IMG/VR virus record: IMGVR_UViG_3300020204_000036
Coordinates: 1-64,000 of that record
Origin: a virus
Reading direction: 5' to 3' (one strand)
DNA length: 64,000 nt
The translations under genes were made by a program, and so were the position numbers. A model generated the notes under the pieces. That model was given only the letters and a program-made list of their open reading frames with translations, did no database searches and was not told the DNA's origin. Below are positions 11,136 to 20,920 of the stretch, one piece after another. Numbering within the stretch: the stretch's first letter is position 1; each line of letters begins with the position of its first letter.

Positions 11136-11816
11136 ATGAATATAGAAAAACAAATCCTTGAAGAGTTAAGAAGATTTAATCAAATCACAAGTTACATTAA
11201 TGAACAAGAAGTTTCACCGGCACCTGACACAGGAGCACCAACAGCACCTGACACAGGAGCACCACCAGCACCTGAAGCAGGAGCACCACCAGCACCTGAA
11301 GCAGGAGCTGCACCCGCACCTGATGCAGGAGGAGCTGAAGCAATTCCAGAGCCTGTTGATGTCAAGTCAGACCCTGATGTAGAAGAAGTAGATACAGAAA
11401 AAAAAGATGAAGAAGAAGAAACTGAAGAATTGGACATAACTGATTTGGTGACAACACAACAAGAAATTAAAACAAAACAAGAAGAATTTATGGACGGAAT
11501 GTTCCAAAAAATTAATGACTTGGAAACCAAGTTGAACCAAATGGACCAAATAATGTCAAAAATAAATTCTATCGAAAGTAAAGTTGAAAAATATAGAACA
11601 AAAAGTCCTGAAGAAAAACTTATGTTACGTTCATTAGATTCATACCCATATAATCAAAAACTTACAGATTATTTTGAAGACAAAAAAGAAGATTTTGAAA
11701 AACAAGGTAAAGATGAATATATTTTAACTTCCGACGAGGTTGAAAACTTTTCACCAAACGAAGTTAAAAAAACTTTTGGAATTTTTGACCAAGATGAAGA
11801 CGAAAATACATTTTAA
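11136..11816 (+). CDS. Acidic, Pro/Ala-repeat, coiled-coil protein (head/scaffold-like)
   Basis: N-terminal ILEELRRFNQITSYINEQ, APxxGAPx repeats, acidic tract, coiled coil. Confidence 0.55.
   Translation: MNIEKQILEELRRFNQITSYINEQEVSPAPDTGAPTAPDTGAPPAPEAGAPPAPEAGAAPAPDAGGAEAIPEPVDVKSDPDVEEVDTEKKDEEEETEELDITDLVTTQQEIKTKQEEFMDGMFQKINDLETKLNQMDQIMSKINSIESKVEKYRTKSPEEKLMLRSLDSYPYNQKLTDYFEDKKEDFEKQGKDEYILTSDEVENFSPNEVKKTFGIFDQDEDENTF
11220..11339 (+). repeat. Five imperfect 24-bp tandem coding repeats
   Basis: gcacctgacacaggagcaccaaca / ...ccacca / gcacctgaagcaggagcaccacca etc.; encode AP(D/E)(T/A)GAPx. Confidence 0.9.
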
Positions 11817-11840
11817 TTTTTAAATTGATGTTATAAATTG

Positions 11841-11865
11841 AGGGAAGAATTATCTTCCCTTTTTT
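11841..11865 (+). terminator. Intrinsic terminator
   Basis: AGGGAAGA-atta-TCTTCCCT followed by a T-run. Confidence 0.85.
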
Positions 11866-11866
11866 A

Positions 11867-11897
11867 TTTGACAAAATCTATTTTTCAGTTATATTCT
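11867..11897 (+). promoter_or_regulatory. Early/middle-type promoter for the SSB operon
   Basis: TTTGACAAA at 11867; TATATTCT at 11890 (19 nt after TTTG). Confidence 0.6.
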
Positions 11898-11933
11898 TAT
11901 AAAGATAAAAGAGTAATAATTAAAAATTTATTT

Positions 11934-12788
11934 ATGGCAAATTCAGTATTAGATTCAGTACTAGCACAGTACGAAAAGAACTCAACAACTACGAGTTCAC
12001 AAAAAACAAACATTTCTCAAGAAGACAGATTAAAGAAGTATTTTTCAGCAATTCTTCAAAAGAATGAAAAGTCGGCATCACGAAGAATTCGTATCCTACC
12101 TACCAAAGATGGTTCATCACCATTTGTTGAAGTTTGGTATCACGAAATTCAAGTAAACGGACAATGGGTTAAGTTGTATGACCCTGATAAAAATGACAAT
12201 GAACGTTCACCATTAACTGAAGTTTATAATGAACTTATTTCCACAGGAAAAAAAGAAGACAAAGATTTGGCGTCACAGTATCGTTCACGTTTATTTTATA
12301 TTGTTAAAGTAATCGACCGAGACAACGAACAAGATGGAGTTAAATTTTGGAGATTTAAACACAACTACAAACAAGAAGGCGTATTGGACAAAATCTTACC
12401 CATTTGGAAAGCAAAAGGTGATGTAACAGACGCCGAAAAAGGACGTGATTTAATTATCGAACTTATAAAGGCAAAAACCCCACAAGGAAAAGAGTATACC
12501 GTAATTCAAACTATTATGTATGATGACCCACAAATATTACATACAGATAAAGTTATCATGGAGGATTGGTTACAAGATGAACTTACTTGGAATGACGTAT
12601 ATTCAAAAAAACCTGTAGAGTATTTAGAGGCTGTCGCTGTTGGAGAAACTCCAATTTGGAACTCTGAACTTAAAAAATATATCTATGGTGAAGAGGCTGA
12701 AATTTCACTTGGAGGTGGAAAACAAACAAAACAACCGGTTATTGACCTACAGGCTAACGACGAACCTGCAGAAGATTTACCATTCTAA
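11934..12788 (+). CDS. Single-stranded DNA-binding protein (T4 gp32-like)
   Basis: RIRILP..PFVEVWYH..YIVKVIDRD..VKFWRF..DAEKGRDLII, acidic EDLPF tail; start moved to ATG 11934 because the longer ORF spans a terminator and a promoter. Confidence 0.85.
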   Translation: MANSVLDSVLAQYEKNSTTTSSQKTNISQEDRLKKYFSAILQKNEKSASRRIRILPTKDGSSPFVEVWYHEIQVNGQWVKLYDPDKNDNERSPLTEVYNELISTGKKEDKDLASQYRSRLFYIVKVIDRDNEQDGVKFWRFKHNYKQEGVLDKILPIWKAKGDVTDAEKGRDLIIELIKAKTPQGKEYTVIQTIMYDDPQILHTDKVIMEDWLQDELTWNDVYSKKPVEYLEAVAVGETPIWNSELKKYIYGEEAEISLGGGKQTKQPVIDLQANDEPAEDLPF

Positions 12789-12802
12789 TTCAAACTAACT
12801 AT

Positions 12803-12829
12803 ACGGGCTCGGTAAATGAGCCTGTTTTT
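12803..12829 (+). terminator. Intrinsic terminator
   Basis: ACGGGCTC-ggtaaat-GAGCCTGT followed by TTTT. Confidence 0.75.
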
Positions 12830-12855
12830 ATTAACTTTCAAAAAAAACAAAAAAA

Positions 12856-13077
12856 ATGAACAGATTTATTGCAGAAAAACTAAAAGACGCTCTTGTAAAA
12901 AAATATGAATCAGACATTGCAGATGCTGAAGCTCGTTTATATGTTTATTTTACAAATCCTGTTGGGATTGGAGAACACCCACAACACACAGAAGAAATGG
13001 ATAATTTGGTTGAACAGCTAGCAAATGCAAAAGATAAATTAGACACAATTAACAACTTAGAAATTTACGAAATATAA
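12856..13077 (+). CDS. Small hypothetical phage protein
   Basis: 73 aa helical ORF with NPVGIGEHP motif. Confidence 0.75.
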   Translation: MNRFIAEKLKDALVKKYESDIADAEARLYVYFTNPVGIGEHPQHTEEMDNLVEQLANAKDKLDTINNLEIYEI

Positions 13078-13079
13078 TC

Positions 13080-14078
13080 ATGGCTATTAAAAAAAATGAT
13101 TTTAGTTCACTGAAGAAAAAGTTTTCAACTTCAGCGAAGTATAAACCACAAAGATTTTTCGATTTAGGTGGTGATTTTCTTGATGCTGTTGGTCTACCAG
13201 GACCAGCTATTGGACACCTTAATATGTTTTTAGGTCACTCAGATACGGGTAAAACTACCGCTCTTGTTAAAACTGCGGTTGATGCTCAAAAAAAAGGAAT
13301 ACTTCCTGTTTTTATAATTACAGAACAAAAATGGTCTTTTGAACATGCAAAACTTATGGGTTTTGACTGTGAAGAAGTTGTAGATGAAGAAACAGGCGAA
13401 GTTGATTGGGATGGATTTTTTATTTTCAACAACGACTTCGAATACATCGAACAAATAACAGATTACATTAATAGTTTATTAAACGCTCAAGAAAAAGGAG
13501 AGTTAGAATATTCACTATGTATAATGTGGGACTCTGTAGGTTCTGTTCCATGTAAAATGACATATGAAGGTCGTGGCGGGAAACAACATAACGCTGCGGC
13601 TTTGGCGGATAAAATTGGTATGGGAATAAACCAAAGAGTTTCTGGTTCTCGTAAGTCAGACTCTAAATATGAAAATACTTTGATAATTGTAAACCAACCT
13701 TGGGTAGAGTTACCTGACAATCCATTTGGACAACCTAAAATAAAAGCAAAAGGCGGCGAGGCTATTTGGTTGAATTCATCTTTAGTATTTTTATTTGGAA
13801 ATCAAAAAGGCGCGGGAACAACTAAGATTACGGCAACTAAAGACAAAAGAACCGTTAAGTTTGCCTCAAGAACTAAAGTGTCTGTGATGAAAAATCACAT
13901 AAATGGTCTTGGATATGATGATGGTAAAATAATTGTAACGCCGCATGGTTTTATTGCTGGTAAAGACACAACTGAAGAAAAACTAAATATAGAAAAATAC
14001 AAAAAAGACTATGCAGATTATTGGAAAGACATAATTGGTGTGGATGGCGATTTTGATTTGAAAGAAGAAAAAGAATGA
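13080..14078 (+). CDS. uvsX: RecA/UvsX-like recombinase
   Basis: Walker A GHSDTGKTT, Walker B IMWDSVG, LIIVNQ, KAKGGEA, VMKNH. Confidence 0.9.
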   Translation: MAIKKNDFSSLKKKFSTSAKYKPQRFFDLGGDFLDAVGLPGPAIGHLNMFLGHSDTGKTTALVKTAVDAQKKGILPVFIITEQKWSFEHAKLMGFDCEEVVDEETGEVDWDGFFIFNNDFEYIEQITDYINSLLNAQEKGELEYSLCIMWDSVGSVPCKMTYEGRGGKQHNAAALADKIGMGINQRVSGSRKSDSKYENTLIIVNQPWVELPDNPFGQPKIKAKGGEAIWLNSSLVFLFGNQKGAGTTKITATKDKRTVKFASRTKVSVMKNHINGLGYDDGKIIVTPHGFIAGKDTTEEKLNIEKYKKDYADYWKDIIGVDGDFDLKEEKE

Positions 14079-14107
14079 GTAGAGTAGTAACAATTAAAAA
14101 TTAGTGA

Positions 14108-15115
14108 GTGTCAAAGACATTACTCGTAGACGGAAATAATTTATTGAAAATTGGTTTTCATGGTGTTAGAGAATTTTATCACGATGGAAAACACATCGGA
14201 GGTATTTGGCACTTTTTGAATACTTTACGTAAATTTTTAGAAGAGTCTAATTTTGACAAAGTTGTTGTGTTTTGGGACAGTAACAGGAGCACGTCACGAA
14301 GAAGATTGATTTACCCTAAGTATAAGTTGAACAGAAAAAGTTCAGAAAACGAATTAAAAGAAGAATCTTTCAACATTCAAAAACAAAGAGTAAAACAATA
14401 CTTGGAAGAAATGTTTGTGAGACAATTAGAGGTCGAACATTCAGAAGCGGATGACTTAATAGCATACTATTGTAGTATATCTGAAGACGAACATAAAACA
14501 ATATTCTCAAGTGATAGGGACCTAACACAGCTCATTTCAGACAAAGTTACTATATATTCACCATCCAGCAAAACTTATTTCAAATTAGGGGATAAAATTA
14601 AACTTTATGAAAATCTAATTCCCCACTATAATGTTAAAACAGTTAAAATAATAACGGGTGATGATTCAGATAATATTGATGGCATATTTTATCTTGGTGA
14701 AAAAACATTACTGAAATTTTTTCCTGAACTACTTGAAAAACAAATTGAGTTCGACGATATTTTAACAAAAGGTGAAGAATTAATCAAAGAAAATAAAGAT
14801 AATGTCGCACTTCAAAATCTATTAACTGGAAAAACTAAAGAAGGTATATTTGGATTAGAGTTTTTTGAAATAAACAAAAAACTTGTAGACTTAAGTAATC
14901 CTTTAATTGACGAAGACGGTAAAAAGATGGTCTACCGTTACTATTTTGAAAGTTTAGACCCCGATGGAAGAGGTTATAAAAACCTTATAAGGATGATGAT
15001 GGAAGATGGTTTATTTAAGTTTTTACCTAAAACTGATAATAATTGGACATATTTTCTAACGCCATTTTTAAAACTAACAAGAAAAGAAAAAACAAAATTT
15101 AAAAGAAAAAACTAA
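14108..15115 (+). CDS. 5'-3' (flap) exonuclease, T4 RNase H / PolI N-domain family
   Basis: LLVDGNN, EADDLIA, SSDRDLTQL, GDDSDNIDG..GEKT; GTG start. Confidence 0.9.
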   Translation: MSKTLLVDGNNLLKIGFHGVREFYHDGKHIGGIWHFLNTLRKFLEESNFDKVVVFWDSNRSTSRRRLIYPKYKLNRKSSENELKEESFNIQKQRVKQYLEEMFVRQLEVEHSEADDLIAYYCSISEDEHKTIFSSDRDLTQLISDKVTIYSPSSKTYFKLGDKIKLYENLIPHYNVKTVKIITGDDSDNIDGIFYLGEKTLLKFFPELLEKQIEFDDILTKGEELIKENKDNVALQNLLTGKTKEGIFGLEFFEINKKLVDLSNPLIDEDGKKMVYRYYFESLDPDGRGYKNLIRMMMEDGLFKFLPKTDNNWTYFLTPFLKLTRKEKTKFKRKN

Positions 15116-15119
15116 AATT

Positions 15120-15572
15120 ATGAAAGAAAATCAAGACATTACAAAAATTGAATTTTTAATTACCTTAAACGATAACTTTGTAGTCCAAAGATTTTTTAAT
15201 GTAAGAGGATTCAACCCAAAGGCTAAAAATAGTCTTGAGTTATTAAACTACGTTACGAGTTTATCAAATGACTTACAAACAAAACTAAGAAATAAGTCGG
15301 TTTTTTATATGTTGGAAAATCGATATCAAATCGAACAAGACCCTTCCATATTAGAAACCGCAAATACAGATGGTCCAGAATATTTTAATATTATTATAAA
15401 AATAGGAAATGAGACAATTTGTCATAGAACTATAGACGCTAAACTATACCCACCAAAGGCTAGATATACTCTGGATATAAGACCAACAATAAAAACCATA
15501 CTAAAGGATCTAACTGACATTTTTTCATCTAAAAATTTATATTACAAATACTTAAACTATTCACTCGATTAA
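15120..15572 (+). CDS. Hypothetical protein
   Basis: 150 aa ORF in the replication operon. Confidence 0.7.
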   Translation: MKENQDITKIEFLITLNDNFVVQRFFNVRGFNPKAKNSLELLNYVTSLSNDLQTKLRNKSVFYMLENRYQIEQDPSILETANTDGPEYFNIIIKIGNETICHRTIDAKLYPPKARYTLDIRPTIKTILKDLTDIFSSKNLYYKYLNYSLD

Positions 15573-15603
15573 GAATATTTATCAAATATTAAAAAAAAAT
15601 AAT

Positions 15604-16983
15604 ATGTCAGACAAAAAAAACTTTGGTTATTTAGGTAATACTTTTCAAATCCAACTACTTAATAATATTATCCTTTATAAGGACTTTTCCAACTCAATCT
15701 TAGAAGTAATTGACCCACATTATTTTGATAACCAGTATTTCAGAATTATATGTCAGATGGTTAAAGAGTTCTATTCAAAATATGAACACACACCAACTTT
15801 TGACACATTGGAACAACTTACCAAGTCAGAAATATCATCACCAATGGCTCAAAAAAGTATTTTAGATACTATTGAACAGGTCAAAAACGTATCAGATGAA
15901 GGCTCTTCTTTTGTTCAAGAAAAATCATTAAAGTTTTGTAAACAACAAGAGTTACAAAAGGTAATGACAAAGGCTCAATTCATTATCGATAAAGGTGACT
16001 TTGAAAGTTATGACCACCTTGAAGAAATGGTAAGAGGGGCTCTACAAGTTGGTGAAGTTGATAAAGGAACAACAGATGTATTTTTCAACTTAGATGAGGT
16101 GTTAGATGACGATTATAGGCACCCAATTCCAATAGGTATCTCTGGTATTGATAATTTATTAAGGGGAGGTTTGGCAAAAGGAGAAATTGGTGTTATTTTA
16201 GCGCCCACAGGTGTCGGTAAGTCTACATTTACAACTAAAATTGCAAATCACGCATTTAATTTAGGTTACAATGTATTACAAATATTTTTCGAAGATAATT
16301 CGAAAATTATTCAAAGGAAGCACATTACTTTATGGACCGGTATACATCCTGATGATTTGTCAGAAAACAGAAAAAGTGTTATTGAAAAAGTAAAACATAT
16401 TCAATCATCAAGAAAAAACAAATTGATTTTAAAAAAGTTACCGTCAGATACAGTAACAATGAATCAAATTAAGAATCAAATTAGAAAAATGATTGCTGAG
16501 GGCAATAAAGTAGATATGATTATTTTAGATTATATTGATTGTGTGGTTGCTGATAAAGTGTTGAAAGACGAGTGGAAAAGTGAAGGGTCGGTTATGAGAG
16601 CTTTCGAGGCCATGTGTCATGAGTTAGATTTAGCGGGTTGGACAGCAACACAAGGTAATCGTAATTCGATTTCATCTGAAGTGGTTACAACAGACCAAAT
16701 GGGTGGGTCAATCAAAAAAGCACAAGTTGGACACGTAATTATAACGGTAGCTAAAAGCCTACAACAAAAAGAAATGAACTTGGCAACAATAGCAATTACA
16801 AAGTCAAGAATAGGTAAAGACGGAATTGTATTTGAAAACTGTAAGTTTGATAATGCATTATTAGAAATAGACACAGAACAAAGTATGACTTTTTTAGGTT
16901 TGGAAGAACAAAAAGAAGAAAAAAACAAAAATCGTGTCAAAGAACTCTTAGAAAAAAAGAGATTAAAAGAACAACAATCTTAA
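15604..16983 (+). CDS. DnaB-like replicative helicase (gp41-like)
   Basis: APTGVGKS, IILDYID, WTATQGNR, ITKSR; TATTTAT at 15576 upstream. Confidence 0.92.
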   Translation: MSDKKNFGYLGNTFQIQLLNNIILYKDFSNSILEVIDPHYFDNQYFRIICQMVKEFYSKYEHTPTFDTLEQLTKSEISSPMAQKSILDTIEQVKNVSDEGSSFVQEKSLKFCKQQELQKVMTKAQFIIDKGDFESYDHLEEMVRGALQVGEVDKGTTDVFFNLDEVLDDDYRHPIPIGISGIDNLLRGGLAKGEIGVILAPTGVGKSTFTTKIANHAFNLGYNVLQIFFEDNSKIIQRKHITLWTGIHPDDLSENRKSVIEKVKHIQSSRKNKLILKKLPSDTVTMNQIKNQIRKMIAEGNKVDMIILDYIDCVVADKVLKDEWKSEGSVMRAFEAMCHELDLAGWTATQGNRNSISSEVVTTDQMGGSIKKAQVGHVIITVAKSLQQKEMNLATIAITKSRIGKDGIVFENCKFDNALLEIDTEQSMTFLGLEEQKEEKNKNRVKELLEKKRLKEQQS

Positions 16984-16995
16984 TTTAATTAAACT

Positions 16996-17943
16996 ATGGA
17001 AAAAATATTAACAGAAAACACTGGACGTTTTGTCATCTTCCCAATTGAACACAACGACATATGGGAATACTATAAACAACATCAAGCGGCATTTTGGACG
17101 GCAGAAGAAGTTGATTTAACAAAAGACATCAGAGATTGGGAAAATCTAACTGATAATGAAAAATTTTTTATTAAAAATGTTTTGTCATTTTTTGCCGCTT
17201 CAGATGGTATTGTAAATGAAAATTTAGCCGAAAACTTTTATCGTGAAGTACAATACCCCGAAGCTAAGTTCTTTTATGGTATGCAGTTAGCAATGGAAAA
17301 CATTCACTCTTTAATGTATTCATTATTGATTGATACATACATTAGTAACCCAAAAGAAAAAGATGAATGTTTCAACGCAATTGACAGACTACCAGCAGTT
17401 AAGAAAAAAGCAAAATGGGCTTTGAATTGGATTAAAAACGCATCGTTTGCCGAAAGATTGGTTGCGTTTGCGGCGGTTGAAGGTATTTTCTTTTCAGGTT
17501 CTTTTTGTTCTATCTTTTGGATGAAATCAAGAGGAATTATGCAAGGTCTATGTAACGCAAACTCACTTATTTTTAAAGATGAAAACTTACATTGTGATTT
17601 TGCCATTCACCTATTGAATAACCATGTTGAAAATAAACCATCTGAAAAAAGAATAAAAGAAATAGTCCTTTCAGCTTTAGAAATTGAAAAAGAGTTTATC
17701 ATTGAATCATTACCGATTTCTTTAATTGGGATGAACTCAGATTTAATGAAACAATATCTTGAGTTTGTAGTTGATGGGTTACTTGTTAAACTTGGATGTT
17801 CTAAAGAATATAACGTAGAACAACCATTTAAATTTATGGAACAAATCGCAGTTGAAACAAAAGGAAATTTCTTCGAGTCTAGAACTGTTGAATATCAAAA
17901 AGCAAAGTTGAACGAAACAATAACATTTACAGAAGATTTCTAA
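16996..17943 (+). CDS. nrdB: Ribonucleotide reductase class Ia beta subunit
   Basis: [44 protein letters not shown]. Confidence 0.97.
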   Translation: MEKILTENTGRFVIFPIEHNDIWEYYKQHQAAFWTAEEVDLTKDIRDWENLTDNEKFFIKNVLSFFAASDGIVNENLAENFYREVQYPEAKFFYGMQLAMENIHSLMYSLLIDTYISNPKEKDECFNAIDRLPAVKKKAKWALNWIKNASFAERLVAFAAVEGIFFSGSFCSIFWMKSRGIMQGLCNANSLIFKDENLHCDFAIHLLNNHVENKPSEKRIKEIVLSALEIEKEFIIESLPISLIGMNSDLMKQYLEFVVDGLLVKLGCSKEYNVEQPFKFMEQIAVETKGNFFESRTVEYQKAKLNETITFTEDF

Positions 17944-17953
17944 ATTATAAACT

Positions 17954-20377
17954 ATGTCATTGAAAATTATTAAAAGAGCGGAAGAAAATGTCGCTTTTAA
18001 TCCACAAAAAATTTACAATAGAGTTAAACGCTCAGCAAAAGGTCTGAATGTAAATTCTGATGAAATTTTTATAAAAGTAATAACATCTGTCCCTACAGAA
18101 GGAGAAGTAACGACAAAAGAGCTAGATAAGTTAATTTATGAAATAGCGGCATCATATACTGGTAGTCATCACGATTATTCAAGATTGGCATCATCAGTTG
18201 CAATTTCTTCTTATCACAAAGAAACTTCGGATAGTTTTTCAGAAACCATTAAAGAATTATATTCTGACGGAATTATTCATGAAGAATTAATTAAAAAAAT
18301 TGATGAATATGGTTCTAGTCTAATCGACTCAGTAATTAATCATGATAACGATTATAACTTTGACTACTTTGCTTGGAGGTCACTACAAGAAATGTATTTG
18401 TTGAAAAAACCAAATGGTAAAGTAATTGAAAGACCACAACATATGTATATGAGAGTTGCTCTTTGGGTTACAGATACTTTCGAAGATGCGGTTGATTATT
18501 ATAAGTCTTTATCTAATCAGTTAATTTCAAAAGCAACTCCCATAATGATTAATTCAGGAACCAAAGTTCCACAATTAGCATCTTGTGTTTTACATTACAA
18601 TAACTATGACTCAAGACAAGGTTTATTAGGCACAATAAATGACATATCAACTTTTTCTTCCGATGCTGCTGGTATAGGTCTTTCAATGTCTAACATTAGA
18701 AGTAAAGAAAGTAGAATTACAACCTCAGGTGGTTATGCGGGTGGATTATTAAAATACCTTAAAATTGTAAATGAATCATTAAGATTTTTTAACCAACAAG
18801 GAAGACGACCTGGCTCAGCGGCCATTTATTTAGAACCATGGCACAAAGATATTTTTGATTTATTAGACATTAAAAAGAATACAGGTGCCGAAGAATTAAG
18901 AGCTCGTGACTTATTTACTGCACTTTGGATTCCTGATAATTTTATGAGAGCTGTTAAAAATAACGGAGATTGGTATTTGTTTTGTCCAAACGACATTAAA
19001 AAAGCGGATTTAAAACCATTACAAGAATGTTATGGTGATGAATACGAGGAGGTATACAATAATGCGGTTCAAATGGGATTGGGTAAAAAAGTTTCAGCAC
19101 AAAGAATTTGGTCAAAAATTGTAGAATCACAAATTGAAACTGGCGTTCCTTACTTGTGTTCAAAAGATAACGCTAATAAAAAAACCAATCACCAAAACAT
19201 AGGTGTCATTAAACAATCAAATCTTTGTAATGAAATTTACCAATATACAGATGAAAACACTACTGCAATTTGTACACTATCTTCTATGGTTTTAAAAAAC
19301 TTTGTAAATGGAAATAAATTTGATTTCGAAAAACTTTTTAATGAGGTTAGAAAAGTTGTAAGAGCCTTGAATAAGGTTGTAGACATCAATAACTACTCAA
19401 CGAAAAAAGGGTTAAAAGGAGGTCTTGAGCAAAGAGCAATTGCTATCGGAACTCAAGGGTTGGCCGATGTATTTTATTTAATGGACTACATTTTCACATC
19501 TGATGAGGCAAGAAAACTGAACAAAGAAATCTTTGAAACAATTTATTACGCGGCCATTTATGAAAGTAACCAACTTTGTATAAAAGGTAAGTACAGACCT
19601 TACAAATTTTTCAAAGGGTCACCAATGTCAAAAGGTATTTTCCAATTTGATATGTGGGGAATTGATGAAACAAATCTTTCTGGAATGTGGAATTGGAGTA
19701 AACTGAAGAAAAGTGTTTCTGACTATGGTATTTGTAATTCTTTATTTACCGCTCAGATGCCTGTTGCGTCATCGGCTAAAATTACAGGTTCATTTGAAAT
19801 GACTGAACCAGCACATTCAGCATTATTTAACAGAAGAGTTGTTGGTGGAGAAATAATGATTGTAAACAAATACCTCATAAATGACTTTGAAAAAATTGGT
19901 ATTTGGTCAGAAGACTTAAAAAACGAAATTATTATAAATGAAGGTTCAATTCAAAATATTAATTTTAACAATTATTTAGACACTGAAGACAAAAATTACA
20001 ATAAGAAAGTTAAAAGAATTGAACATTTAATTCCTAAATACAAAACAATTTGGGAGATTTCACAAAAGCAACTTATTGATATGGCATCAGAACGAGCACC
20101 ATTTATTGACCAATCACAATCAATGAATATATATATGGCAAACCCAACATTATCAAAGATTACATCATCACATTTTCACTCATGGGAAAGTGGTTTGAAA
20201 ACACTTTGTTATTATGTTAGGACAAAGGCAATATCAACAGGAGCGAAACATTTGGCCTTAGATATGTCAAAAAAACAAACCCCACCTTCACCAAAACCTG
20301 ATAGGGTATTTAATGAAGGTATTTTACCTAAAAGACCAACAGATTCTGAATTTGAGTGTTTTGGTTGTTCTTCTTAA
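17954..20377 (+). CDS. nrdA: Ribonucleotide reductase class Ia alpha subunit with ATP cone
   Basis: ERPQHMYMR, QLASCVL, QGRRPG, SNLCNEI, GLKTLCYYVR, C-terminal CFGC. Confidence 0.97.
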   Translation: MSLKIIKRAEENVAFNPQKIYNRVKRSAKGLNVNSDEIFIKVITSVPTEGEVTTKELDKLIYEIAASYTGSHHDYSRLASSVAISSYHKETSDSFSETIKELYSDGIIHEELIKKIDEYGSSLIDSVINHDNDYNFDYFAWRSLQEMYLLKKPNGKVIERPQHMYMRVALWVTDTFEDAVDYYKSLSNQLISKATPIMINSGTKVPQLASCVLHYNNYDSRQGLLGTINDISTFSSDAAGIGLSMSNIRSKESRITTSGGYAGGLLKYLKIVNESLRFFNQQGRRPGSAAIYLEPWHKDIFDLLDIKKNTGAEELRARDLFTALWIPDNFMRAVKNNGDWYLFCPNDIKKADLKPLQECYGDEYEEVYNNAVQMGLGKKVSAQRIWSKIVESQIETGVPYLCSKDNANKKTNHQNIGVIKQSNLCNEIYQYTDENTTAICTLSSMVLKNFVNGNKFDFEKLFNEVRKVVRALNKVVDINNYSTKKGLKGGLEQRAIAIGTQGLADVFYLMDYIFTSDEARKLNKEIFETIYYAAIYESNQLCIKGKYRPYKFFKGSPMSKGIFQFDMWGIDETNLSGMWNWSKLKKSVSDYGICNSLFTAQMPVASSAKITGSFEMTEPAHSALFNRRVVGGEIMIVNKYLINDFEKIGIWSEDLKNEIIINEGSIQNINFNNYLDTEDKNYNKKVKRIEHLIPKYKTIWEISQKQLIDMASERAPFIDQSQSMNIYMANPTLSKITSSHFHSWESGLKTLCYYVRTKAISTGAKHLALDMSKKQTPPSPKPDRVFNEGILPKRPTDSEFECFGCSS

Positions 20378-20381
20378 ATTT

Positions 20382-20407
20382 AATCCGAGATTACTCTCGG
20401 ATTTTTT
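20382..20407 (+). terminator. Intrinsic terminator
   Basis: AATCCGAGA-ttac-TCTCGGATT followed by TTTT. Confidence 0.85.
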
Positions 20408-20454
20408 GTTTTATGTTATTTAACTAAAAATATTGAATATTATATTTATTAAAT

Positions 20455-20919
20455 ATGGCACAAGGAAATACTTATGGAGTTATTTTTCCATTTAGAGAAA
20501 GTCCTCTAAATTATTACTTCGGTTTGAGTGAAAACGCTGGTGATGAAATTAGAGCTAATCTTCTACATCTACTATTAACCGCAAAAGGAAGTAGATATTA
20601 TAATCCTGATTTTGGAACTAGGATATATGAATATATTTTTGACCCACTTGATGGCGAAACTTTTGATGCTATAAAATCAGAAGTCCAACAGCAAATTGAA
20701 AAATACATACCAAACTTAACCATTAATGATATAAGTGTTGTGCCGTATTTGCAGTCTGACGAGGCGCCAGGAGAATTGAATCAAGATTTATTAGGAACTA
20801 GTGAGATATATAAAATTCCTGGTAAAGAAACACAAGAATATACCGCTAAACTTACTATAGATTATACTGACGATAATAGTGCTTTTGGTTCAAGGGAATT
20901 TATAATACTTAATATATAA
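20455..20919 (+). CDS. Baseplate wedge/sheath initiator (gp25-like)
   Basis: IRANLLHLLLTAKGSRYYNPDFGT; TATTTAT at 20443. Confidence 0.9.
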   Translation: MAQGNTYGVIFPFRESPLNYYFGLSENAGDEIRANLLHLLLTAKGSRYYNPDFGTRIYEYIFDPLDGETFDAIKSEVQQQIEKYIPNLTINDISVVPYLQSDEAPGELNQDLLGTSEIYKIPGKETQEYTAKLTIDYTDDNSAFGSREFIILNI

Positions 20920-20920
20920 T

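Noticed and set aside
11220-11339. 24-bp repeats as a CRISPR array
   Set aside because: Head-to-tail with no spacers, and in frame with a Pro/Ala linker
11838-11933. N-terminal extension of the SSB ORF
   Set aside because: TTG start lies at a terminator and upstream of the promoter
13080-20377. Inteins or introns in uvsX, helicase, nrdA or nrdB
   Set aside because: Lengths and motifs are contiguous, with no insertions
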